Shown: positions 41,098 through 52,538 of the stretch, piece after piece
Layout: each line of letters opens with the position of its first letter
Numbering within the stretch: position 1 is the first letter of the stretch
From: Takakia lepidozioides
Taxonomy: Eukaryota > Plantae > Bryophyta
Length of the DNA: 64,000 bases
Assembly (NCBI GenBank): GCA_030704615.1
Contig: CM060734.1
Span: 56,792,001-56,856,000 of the forward strand
Direction of reading: 5' to 3'
Notes under the pieces: model-generated
Databases searched by the model: none
What the model was told of the DNA's origin: nothing
What the model saw: the letters and a program-made list of their open reading frames with translations, nothing else
Translations under genes and position numbers: made by a program

Positions 41098-42539
41098 AGC
41101 AAACCCCAGCTCGGGAAGAGCTCGGGAACGCGTGGGAACGCATGGGAACTCATTGGGAGTTCCAGGGAACATAGGGAATAGTGGTCGTGATGGGCTGTTG
41201 GGGCGGTATCACGCGATACCACGAGCCCAGGTCGTGATGGTTGACCGTGACCGTTGGACGTTGACCGTTGACCGTGACCATTGGAAGTCGTGGTGCGGAC
41301 ACAACGGGTGGGCACGGTGACCAGATCGTGGGGATGGCGGGCCGTGAAGGCTCGTGGGAGTGGTACCACGGGGTATCACTGGGCAGCCCGTGGCCAACGA
41401 GCGCCTAGAGCGGGCCGTGAGGAGTCGTGGCGGTTGGAGCCACGGAAGGCCGCGAACAGTTAGAGTGAAAAAAAAAAACTCACTCGTTTCGTGGGACCTT
41501 GATGGGGAGGCTGGGCTCTGAAGAACAACGGTTTTGAGCTAGATGATCCGGCAGAAAAGTCGGAATTGCCTCCCTGTTGCGTTTTAACAAAGGGGATTAC
41601 TTCCCTGCAGGTAATCTTTTCGGGTTGTCAGCCCAATTCTTAACTATGGGGAAGACCAGCCTGCAGGTAATTCCTTTGGACAGAATGTTGTTGGGGCCTA
41701 TATATACCTCTATTTGCTCCATTTTTGAACCTTCAATGAATGGCATGGTTTCCTGAGGTGGTTCCATTCTGAGGAATGACTGGTGGACAAGAGGAGGCAC
41801 TGGCGGACCCTATGGAGGCTTGCATGGGGCCTTGGAGGCCAAGTTTCATGAGCTCGTGGAGGGCGGTTTGAGGAGTGTCTACAGGATGCTCTCATGATCA
41901 TGCAAGTGAGAGAAGAGAGGAAAAAAGATGGTGTTGGGATGAGAGCGTGCTGGGGATATGCATTGCTTTAGTTTCCCTTCCTCGTAGTTTTCCACCTTCT
42001 CTGTAGGCCGAGACCTTTCCGTAGGTGGAGGCAAGAGTCAGTCCGGGTTTGGGCTGGGTTGTAGGAGCGACACTGTGGAGTTGTTTTTGGTGTGGGGGAG
42101 TTGTTGTTTTCATTTTTGTGTTTGGATCCCCTCCACACCTGCATGCTTGATTGTGCGCCATGCTAGTTTTGTGTGGGCGCTTGATTTTATAGGTGGTTGA
42201 CTCGGGCTTGATCACCGATCCAACCCTAGAGCATGCTGTCGATGGTGAGGCTGGGTTGATGACCAGTCAGACCATATTTGTTTCTCCTGTGGTGAGGTTG
42301 GAGGTGATGACCAGCCAACCATAGGAGTGCCTGCGGTGGATGCAGGTGCAGGTGCAGGCTATGTTAGGAACCTAGTATTCCAAACCATAACCCGCATCAG
42401 GTTCTCTACCCGGTTACTTTGTGGAGAGGGGGTTACAGATAGGTTCATGACCGGTTGAGTGTCAGATTGTCAACACAGAGGTGCCACTAGTTGCTGGGAA
42501 AAGTGCTGGTACGAGCACTAGCGATACTAGCGGGTATAC

Positions 42540-43301
42540 AAGATGAGGTGTGCGGTTTAGGCCACCTTCACCTCCTGTGTCTTCTATGGAAGGTTCTGAT
42601 TCGCCTAGTGCTATGGTTTGCATCCTGAGTTGCGCCCAGGCCAGTTCCAAGGGAACAATGGTGGCCGGGGGCGAGGTGGAGTAGCCCAGAGAGGACGAGG
42701 TGGACAGGCACCAGGTGCAGGCCAAATGCAAGCTCAACATGGCCATGGACGCGGAGGTCAGGGTGGTGACCAAGGCATGGCCAATCGGCTTCAGCAGCTA
42801 GAGCAGAGGCTCACTGCCATGGCCATAGCTCAGGTGGTACCGGCTCCGATGGTCCACCTCCTGCTCCTGAGGGAGGAGACATAGGAGGCATGGGATTCAT
42901 GTGCGGGGCAGCACTACCACTGGTGAGGGGTGCCACTACCACTACCACTGTGGGTGGGGCACCACTACCACTAGTGTCGGGCAGCACTACCACTACCACT
43001 ATGAGCGGGGCAGCACTACCACTAGTGCAAATGGAGTCAGCTGCGGCAATGACTCGAGGAGCAGCACGAGTTCCTGAGCCACGGGGTGCGGAGGTGGAGT
43101 TGGATCCACAGAGTGGGGAGGCAAGCCGTCAGGCTAGGCTTCCTCAGTCACTCATATTGGCGGAGACAGTGTCGACGCCGTCCATGGCACCTAGTTCTCG
43201 CCCAACTGTTACCGAGGCAAAGGTTACTATGCCATTGGGGAGAGCTACACAGGCAGCACCACTACCTAGTGTTGCCAAGGCTACGGCAGCTAGTGTCGAC
43301 G
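42540..43301 (+). mobile_element. Degenerate retrotransposon gag-like remnant
   Basis: Broken Cys/His knuckle-like segment ending CYGLHPELRP, followed by a Gly/Arg/Gln-rich tract (GGRGRGG...LQQLEQRL). Frameshifted. Confidence 0.4.
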
Positions 43302-43622
43302 GGCATGGAAACCAACCTACACAGGGGAATCTTCAACCTCCCACCCGGGGCAAGCATACTTTGCACCACAAGCTGAGAGTTTACCTTCTGACCCCCCAGC
43401 ATCTCGGCGGCTTTGCTTTCATAGAACACATCGTCCACATCAACAATGATCTCCTTCCCCTTCCCCGAAGGGTTCTCATCCGCCACCCTTTGCATCTTCT
43501 CCTTCAGGGTTGTTCATTCAAATTGATATAAGAGAGAGGCAAGAAAAGATGGTGATTTGAGCATGGCAGACATGCATTGTGTGGCCCAATCCCTCATCAG
43601 AAAACAAGTAGTGTGGGGGCCA

Positions 43623-46590
43623 AAAACAGTGTGCGTTGCCGCACACTATTTCAGCTTCCAAATAGGGTTTTTTGAACATGACATTTGGCCCTATGTGGCA
43701 CATTACCACATAAAAAACAGGCAGAGAGGGGGACAAGAAGGGGGCACAAACAGTGTGCGTTGCCGCACACTGTTCGTGCTTCCAACTATGAGCATCCATA
43801 CTGGCCCTGTTTGTCCAAATTTCACATCAAAAAACAAGCAGAGAGGGGGCTCAAAACAGTGTGCGTTGCCGCACACTATTTGAGCTTCCAATTCGGGGTG
43901 GATTCAACCTGCCAGAGTGGCCATAGGGGCCCGATTTTCACATCAAAAAATAAGCAAAGATGGGGCCCAAAACAGTGTGCGTTGGCGCACACTGTTTGAG
44001 CTTCCAATAAGGCTTGGATTCAACCTGCCAGAGTGGCCCTATGTGGCTTATTTTCACAACAAAAATGAATCACAGAGGGGGGCTCAAACAGTGTGCGTTG
44101 CCGCACACTATTTGAGCTTCCAATTCGGGGTGGATTCAACCTGCCAGAGTAGCGTTTGGGGCCCGATTTGCAAATAAAAAACAAGCATAGACGGGGCTCA
44201 AAACAGAGTGCGTTGGTGCACACTGTTTGAGCTTCCTATAAGGGGTGGATTCAACCTGCTAGAGTGGCCCTATGTGGCTTATTTTCACAACAAAAATGAA
44301 CCACAAAGGGGGGCTCAAACAGTGTGCGTTGGCGCACACTGTTTGAGCTTCCAATAAGGGGTGGATTCAACCTGCCAAAGTGGCCCTATGTGGCTTATTT
44401 TCACAACAAAAATGAATCACAAAGGGGGGCTACCAGAGTGGCCCTATGTGCCCGATTTCCACATCAAAAAACAAGCAAAAAATGGGGCTCAAACAGTGTG
44501 CGTTGCCGCACATTGTTTGAGGGGTGGATTCAACCTGCCAGAGTAGCCTTAGGGGCCCGATTTTCACATCAAAAAACAAGCATAGACGGGGCTCAAAACA
44601 GTGTACGTTGCCGCACACTGTTTGAGCTTCCAATAAGGGTGGGTTTCAACGTGCCAGAGTGGCCCTATGTGGCCTATTTTCACAACAAAAATGAATCACA
44701 AAGGGGGGGCTCAAACAGTGTGCATTGGCGCACACTGTTTGAGCTTCCAATAACGGGTGGATTCAACCTGCCAGAGTGGACCTATTTGCCCGATTTTCAC
44801 ATCAAAAAACAAGCAAGAAATGGGGCTCAAATAGTGTGCGTTGCCGCACACTGTGTGTGCTTCCAATAAGGGGTGGATTCAACCTGCCAGAATAACCTTT
44901 GGGGCCCGATTTGCACATCAAGAAACAAGCATAGATGGGGCTCAAAACAGTGTGCGTTGCCGCACACTGTTTGAGCTTTCAATAAGGCTTGGATTCAACC
45001 TACCACAGTGGCCCTATGTGGCCTATTTTCACAACAAAAATGAATCACAAAGGGGGGCTCAAACAGTGTGCATTGGCGCACACTGTTTGAGCTTCCAATA
45101 ACGGGTGGATTCAACTTGCCAGAGTGGACCTATGTGCCCGATTTTCACATCAAAAAACAAGCAAAAAATGGGGCTCAAACAGTGTGCGTTGCCGCACACA
45201 GTGTGCTTCCAATAAGGGGTGGATTCAACCTTCCAGAGTAGCCTTTGGGGCCCGATTTGCACATCAAAAAACAAGCATAGACGGGGCTCAAAAACAGTGT
45301 GCATTGCCGCACACTGTTTGAGCTTTCAATAAGGCTTGGATTCAACCTGCCAGAGTGGCCCTATGTGACCTATTTTCACAACAAAAATGAATCACAAAGG
45401 GGGGCTCAAATAGTGTGCGTTGGCGCACACTGTTTGAGCTTCCAATAAGGGGTGGATTCATCCCGCCAGAGTGGCCCTATGTGCCCGATTTTCACATACA
45501 AAAAAAGAAAAAATTGATCTCAAACAGTGTGCATTTGCGCACACTGTTTGAGCTTCGAATAACGGGTGGATTCAACCTGCCAGAGTGGCTCTATATGCCC
45601 GATTTTCACATCAAAAAACAAGCAAAAAACGGGGCTCAAACTGTGTGCGTTGCCACACACTGTTTGAGCTTCCAATAAGGGGTGGATTCAACCTGCCAGA
45701 GTAGCCTTAGGGGCCCGATTTTCACATCAAAAAACAAGCAGAGAGGGAGCTCAAAACAGTGTGCATTGCCGCACACTGTTTGAGCTTCCAATTCGGGGTG
45801 GATTCAACCTGCCAGAGATGGCTCTAGTTGCCCGATTTTCACATCTAAAAACAAGCAAGTGAGGGGGCTCAAACAGTGTGCGTGGCCGCACACTGTTTGA
45901 GCTTCCAATTCGGGGTGGATTCAACCTGCCAGAGTGGCCTTAGGGGCCCGATTTTCACATAAAAACCAAAGGAGAGACGGGGCTCAAAACAGTGTGCGTT
46001 GCCGCACATTGTTTGAGCTTCCAGTTCGGGGTGGATTCAACCTTTCAGAGTGGTGGTAGGGGCCCGATTTCATATCAAAAAACAAGCAGAGAAGGGGCTC
46101 ATAACAGTGTGCGTTGCCGCACACTGTTTGAGCTTCCAATAAGGGGTGGATTCAACCTGCCAGAGTGGCCCTATGTGCCCGAATTTCTCATAAAAAAAAC
46201 AAGCAAAAAAGTGGGCTCAAACAGTGTGCGTTGCCGCACACTGTTTGAGCTTCCAAATAGTGGTGGATTGAACCAGACAGACAGACCCAACTTGACCGAT
46301 TTTCGTATCAAAAAACAATCACAAAGTTGGGGCTCAAGCATTGTGCGTTGCCGCACACTGTTTGAGTTTCCAAATAGGGGTGGATTGAATCAGACAAAGA
46401 TGCCGTATGTGGGCAATTTTCATATCAAAAGAGAAGCACAAATGGGGTCTCAAATTGTGTGCGTTGCCGCACACTGTTTGAGATTCAATTAGTGGTGGAT
46501 TGAACCAGACAAACAGGCCAAACTTAACCGATTTTCACATAAAAAAAGAAGCACAAAGACAGGGTCTCGCACTCTGTTTGAGCTTCCAAA
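43623..46590. repeat. Tandem array of about 25 x ~116-bp units, each with a hairpin GCTCAAACAGTGTGCG-TTGC-CGCACACTGTTTGAGC (module copy 2)
   Basis: Cores at approximately 43623, 43748, 43853, 43970, 44086, 44201, 44317, 44491, 44596, 44713, 44829, 44945, 45061, 45177, 45292, 45408, 45522, 45638, 45754, 45871, 45987, 46103, 46219, 46337 and 46453. Conserved spacer motif GGTGGATTCAACCTGCCAGAGT. Confidence 0.95.
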
Positions 46591-46599
46591 TAGCTGTGG

Positions 46600-47700
46600 A
46601 CATCACTTGTACCTTTTTTTTAGCTTCTCCAGAAGACTCCCCAATCGCCGAAGACCCTTTGCGCTTCGGACTGCTCTCTACGCCGTGCATGTTCTGGAGC
46701 ATCTCCCCCATCCTCTTTTCCACTATCTGGTTCTTCGTGAGTCCAGCATCAACATCATCTTCGGCATCCGACTCTCCCTCGGATGCAGTCTCCTCCTCAC
46801 CTGTTCTCGGAAGTATGGCGGGCTGTTGTTCTTCTCCAGAATCCAGCTCTTCCATCGCCAAACCTTCCTCTTTGCCCTCTTCTTCTATCCTCATTCTATG
46901 TCTGGCACTATTCCTGTCCCTAGTGCTCGTAAAGTATAACGACTTCCTTCTCTTGCTCCTCCGGTGGAAACAAGGGCTCCCCACGCTGCCTCTAGAGCTC
47001 TCCAGTTTGACGTTTGCAACAAGGGTTGCTTTGGCATGTAACCAAAATAAAAATTGGACATTGTTAACCGTATTTGGATGCGGGTGTCATCATTGTGTGC
47101 GAACGGAATTCATCCATTTCTGCGTCTTTGTATTATCCAAAAAAAAAAGTGGTGGCACTTCCAATGCCGTTGCATGCACTTGTGATATATGTCAGATGTA
47201 CTTTGCCGGCTGCCAATACATCGCAGCCTTCTTGCATTCTTTCAAATTCCGAAGTGCCGTAAAAATCTATTGCTAGTTCAATTTCGAGCAATACTTGCAG
47301 ATTCGCAATAATTGTGATGCTTCACATATGTATCCACGTATGTTTTGCTGCCTACCCAGCGGTAAGCATTTTGCCGTCACCGTCGCAATGCGGTCATTCG
47401 GTATAAAAGTTTGTGTCGGCAATGGTGATGTGTTGCACACATTCGTGCAAGGTGTCCCCCGGAGTGTCAATGTTTGTGCTGTGTTCTTCTGGCACAGCAC
47501 AACCTCATTAGATTTGGGGTTTCCTGTTTACTGGTCTCCAGGGTTGCTGCCGTCTTTCCATAATGGATGGTTTCATGTCATGTTCAGGGTTTTCTTTTCA
47601 TCCAAATACAGCACGGCTTCTTGTGGCTTCTTGTCTTTGAAAACAGTTTTTCTGGTTGGTGTCTCTCAGTGTGGCAGACTGCAAAGTTCGGGGAACCCTT
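46600..47700 (-). pseudogene. Unknown accessory ORF of the transposon module, copy 2 (decayed)
   Basis: The minus frame reads ..DTLHECVQHITIADTNFYTE*..LLEIELAIDFYGTSEFERMQEGCDVLAAGKVHLTYITSAC..KATLVANVKLESSRGSVGSPCFHRRSKRRKSLYFTSTRDR.. with scattered stops. Homologous to 34286-35340. Confidence 0.5.
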
Positions 47701-47734
47701 TGTGGATCGCTACTTTGGGTCAGTTTAGGAAAAC

Positions 47735-50700
47735 ATGTCCAGGGAGGGAGATAGACTCGCTCAATTTCATTCTAATGTAGGTAGTCTTCCACTGACTGCC
47801 ACTGCAGATGACGATGGGTTTGCAGTTGTTCATGAGGATGAGCTGGTTACAGTATTCCCTCTGGAATTGGGTTCTCTACTTGTTCAAAAAGAGGTGTATG
47901 ACGAGGATGAGAATTTGGATTCTGGGCACTTGGAGAGAGACCATTGGTTGGCGAGTGTGGAAGGAAGTGGAGAGTCCTTCCAGGCACATACCGTGTCATT
48001 GGAAAAGAGAAAAGACAATCAGCAGGATCAGTACTTACCCCTGGCACTGCAGCATTGGTCGTGCAGCAGAAAGGCACAGTTCATGTGAAACAAGAGGTGA
48101 GCACATCCACCACATTCGTGACTCTTTCAGACTCGTCCTCAGAGGATGTTTCTGAGATTCCTCCGCCAGTGTAGACTCCATTCTTGGATGATGACGAATT
48201 GCAGGAGATAACGAGTGTCATTCCGAAATTGAAAGCCCTCGCAGGGGTGCCTGGGTGCAAGAGCGAGCTGCATTTTGTTGATTGGGAGTGCCTTTGGGTG
48301 CAGCGGGTTCAATATGTGCTTTGGTAGACTGCTGCATCTAGGTGTTGTGAACAGTCTCCGCCAAATTACACGAAGGCATGTCGGCCAAGTCCAGTTTGAT
48401 GGGGACATCTTGTTTGAGCTGAACCTTCCCACGTCTTCCAGTGGACTAGCTGGGCTTCTGCAGGGCATGGACAAGAAACATGACGGGCACCCTTGGTGCA
48501 GGACAAAAACATCGAACATCCACAACGACATTGGATTGAAATTTTGAAGGTCGGTTTGCGTTGGGCATTGCAAGCGCGTGAATATTTCTTGCCCTCGCCT
48601 GAGAAACAGCGCTAAACCAAACGAAAGTGAGTGGGAAGGTGTACCCCTGAATCCTTTCACCCCAGGGATTGCCCCTCCCAAGACCAATACTTTTGTGTGC
48701 TGGTTCTGCAAACTTTCCCCGTCCTGTGTTTCTGTGTGCCACACTCGTATGTACCAGGTGGCACACCGATGCAAGACAATGACTCGTGCCTGCATTCATA
48801 TGGGTACACACGAGCATCTTGTGTCAAAAGGAAGTTGTAGGGATAGCGTGGACATCGCTAGAAATCTGCTGAAGCAAGAGTTCCACAATGCCCCTTATGC
48901 AACACCTTCTGCTATAGCGCTTGCAGCTAGCAAGGCATTCCTGGAAAAATACATACTCGGTGAAGGGGATGCGACACAACCAATGCTGGATGCAGATTCG
49001 CTTGATGCAGTGATGGACCATTTCTCCGTGTTGAGTTCTCCCAATATTCGAAACCAGGTGAATGCACTCAGAATGGGCATAGGTAGTGCTGGATTCATGG
49101 ACAACATTATGGACCTCAAACGGCGGAGTCGCTATGAATTCATTCAAAACAGTATCTTCCCTGGCCAGGGCTTGTCCAAGGTGTATTTGTTCAAGATGTC
49201 CACAGTGGGCAAAGGTAGTGGTGTGAGCATAGTCCGCCGAATGCAACCTGGAGGAGATTTGGCTAAATGTTGGTTAATGTTTGATCACTGCAAACAGGTG
49301 AAAGGGTTGGACAACCATGGCGTGCCATGTGTACGATCCACATACTAGCGTGTGCTCTCCATAGCAATTTGTGATATGCAGTCGGAGGACACTGAATCCC
49401 AGATGCTCATGTGGAATTCGTTCCTGGCCGTCATGCAGCGCACTGGAATGCAGAACACAAATTTTGCGGGCTTCATGGCTGATAGTGCACAGGCAAATTT
49501 CAATGCAGTGCGGCGTGTGTTTGGTTCGGGGGATCCTAAGGTCCCAATGGAAAATAGGGAGCGCACATGCCTCTTCCATTGGAGTCAATCTCTGGCACGT
49601 CATACAAAACGCTGCATTCGCCCTGACCTCCAGTTGGAGCACAGAAGGCTCTACCTCAAGTACAAAAATGCCACCTCAATGGGAGAAGCTGAGAGCACTT
49701 ACCAAGCAATCTGGGCTTGGTGGTTCTCCTCCGGTGCTGTTACTGGTATCCACCTGAAGGAGTTGGAGGACTGATTGGTTTTCTGGCACTTCAGGTACAG
49801 ACAATGGAGAGCTTTCATGACGATGGTAAGCCTCTTCAATCCCAGAAACACAATTTTCACTTTGCATCGTGCCTGCTCGTTTGGGGTTGTTGGATTGTCA
49901 CTTACACAACCTCTTCCATTTCCTTTCATTCCTCACATTTGCATGCAATGCCTCCTGCAGGACATGTCCTTGGAGGACTTGGCCGACATGCCATCTTGTA
50001 ATTTGGCGGAGACTATTCACAACGCCTGGATGTAGCAGTCTACCAAAGCAGGACGTGACTTGTATGTGGCCACTGCTGATGACATGGTGCGGGCACTTAC
50101 ACAACAAACCAGGTACCGCAATTTTCTGATGGGACGGGGCGGAGGCAAGGGCCCTTGTACGACTTTGTTGATGCTAAGGGTTGCGAGTAGGTCTGGAGAC
50201 CCATCGAAGATGGCCAGAGCTCTGAACAGGTGTACTGAAGGCTCCCATTTGCGATCCAGGGTCCCCCATTTGGAAGGCGAAGAAAGATTTGGATCATGCA
50301 AAAGGAAATTGAACACTCCTCTAGGGTCGGATGGAGATTCCCATCGGCCGGACAGGGTCAATTTCTCTGTACCAAAGGTGTCTCCGGTGCATACTAAGTC
50401 GTGTGCCCACCCCTTCCCAGGTGGGTCCTCTTCCAGTGGAGCAGGTGCAGATCATGCAAGCACAGCAGCAGGAATCCCATTGGAGGAGATGCTGTCCTTG
50501 GTGCATGAATCTGATTGCATTGATAGTGAGTGGCATATAGAACGCACCCCACCAGGATCTAGAGTGGCTTGCATGGCAATTCGGACCCCCTCTTTCAAGA
50601 AATGCAAATAAAAAATATGCAAAGGCTCTAGGGGGACTCCAGCTCCAACATTCAGAGGGTTGTTCCGACCTTATCATAGTGGGGAGTCAAAGGACCACAA

Positions 50701-51248
50701 GTTCTGGTTCTGCCCAGACGATATGGCACGATGCGTCAAGGGAACAGTTCGTCCTTCGGTGATGATGAAGCCCCTTCCCCCCGCAATTTTGCCTATGAAA
50801 CTTGGGACGTCGCTGTCATCAACCGAGATAAGCATGCTGGAGGAGGGAGGGTTCTGTCTTGCACGGTCCCGGGTGGTGCCCTCATGCACTGTGGGCACAG
50901 ATGTGCCACATGCTCCAGCATGCCTCCACCCGGTGCTGACTCCCACCCAACAAAAAGAGATGGAAAAACAGTGCGCCGTGTCGCTTCGGGTGCAGATCAC
51001 AACTGCAAGATGGAATCGGCTAGAATTTTGCAGGCTCGGGTGACTCGTTTCACCAAAGTCCCTGCCCCGGGGTATGGACGGATTTACACAGTGCTGTCTA
51101 TTGGCTCAGTTCTTCATGGCAAAGAATATCAGGTTACCGTGGGGAATTTCCCTACGTGCACTTGTCCGGATTTTGTAACGATGCATGAGGGCGCTCTCGG
51201 CATGAGAGGGAAGTGGGTCCCCGGCAAGCATCAATATTACATATACCT
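47735..51248 (+). pseudogene. Mutator-type DDE transposase with GCM-like N-terminal domain and C-terminal SWIM finger, copy 2
   Basis: DGHPWCRTKTSNIHND...HMGTHEH (GCM/WRKY-like); D1 WLMFDH; D2 FAGFMADSAQANFNAVRRVFG; CxxH CLFHW; intron ~49826-49960; E in CNLAETIHNAW; Cys-rich WHIERT...KFWFCPDD..RC; SWIM-like YQVTVGNFPTCTCPDF..GKHQYYIY. Several stops and frameshifts. Confidence 0.82.
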
Positions 51249-52538
51249 TGCCACTGCAGATGACCTCGTTTGAGCTCTCCAACAGTAGACCAGGTACTGG
51301 CAGTTCTTGAGAGGTGGGCCTGGTGGGAAGGGCCCGGACAGGACTGAGTTGAAGTTGCGAGCGGCCACCAGATTGGGGGATCCCACAAAAATAGCTAGGG
51401 TTGTGCATATGTGTGCCGTTGGCACCCCCATGGTCTCTAGAATTCCACATTTGGAGGGGGAGGAGATGTTTGGGTCCAGCAAGCGAAAGCTGCATACACA
51501 CTCCGCCTGGTTCAGATGGAGATTCTCACAGATCGGACAGAGACAACTTTTTTGTGCCCCATGTCCCCGTGCATCAGAGATCTTTCTCGGGTTCCTCCCT
51601 TGAAGGAGAGGCTTTGAAGAGACAGTCCACCCCACCAGCTCGAGCATCCCATGCGCTGAATTTTATGGTTCAAAATCCTCGCCTGGTGCCGGATGTGGAA
51701 GATTCACAGTGCTACGATGAGATGTGGCATATAGAGCGGACTAATGCTTCATCTAGAGTACAATGTTCTGCAATTAGGGTGGAATCATTTGAGAAGTGCA
51801 AATCATACATATCCAGAGGGAGTGCAAGGACACATGTTCCCACTTTCACATGCTTGTTTCGACCATTTGGGCATACGAAGTCAAAGAATCACAAGTTTTG
51901 GTTCTGTGTTGACGATTGTGGAAGGTGCGTGAAGGGGACTGTGTGACCTTCTGTCATCATGAAGCCACCTCCACCAAGCATTTAGCCGGTGAAGGTGGGG
52001 ACAAATCTGAACAGTCAGGAAATTGCAATTGTTGGAGGAGACGGGGTTTTGCCTTGCAAGGCGAGCCGTTATTTCCGTTGGTGTGTCCAGACTAGGCACA
52101 TCTCGAGTGCCTCCTCCTAATGCTCACTTGGACCCCACAAAGCGGAATGGGAAGGTTGTTCGACGATTCAAACCCACTGCATAACACTTTAGCTAGGTCG
52201 TGTCTGCGAGAATGCTGCAGGCTAGCGTTACAGGTACGATGGAGGTTCCAGATCCGGGATATGGGCGGGTGTATTCAATGATTACATCCACATCAGCATT
52301 GCATGACAAGGTGTATGACATTACAGTCTCCGACTTTCTAGATTGCACATTTCCTGATTTTGTGGGCATGCTCACAACAAGCCTAGGGAAAACGGGGAAA
52401 TTTGTATCATGCAAGCATTTGTATTTCATTTATGTGAGGAGGATGGTGTGTGATCCCAAATGAGACAGCTACATTCACCAAACCACTCTCAGTTTCAATG
52501 AGATCGACACACTCCTGCATCATGATACTAGTGTGTAG
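51249..52538 (+). pseudogene. Second, diverged paralogous C-terminal half of the same transposase family
   Basis: ATADDLV..GGPGGKGP..PHLEGEEMFGSSKRKL..SDGDSHR..WHIERT..KFWFCVDDCGRCVKG..SWIM CTFPDF..CKHLYFIY parallels 50060-51248. Confidence 0.78.

Noticed and set aside
43557-46492. ORFs predicted in the array (e.g. 44324-44869, 45992-46492)
   Set aside because: Repetitive translations of the satellite with no protein features.
43623-46590. CRISPR array
   Set aside because: Spacers are homologous to each other and ~80-90 bp long, there are no cas genes, and the context is eukaryotic; this is a tandem repeat.
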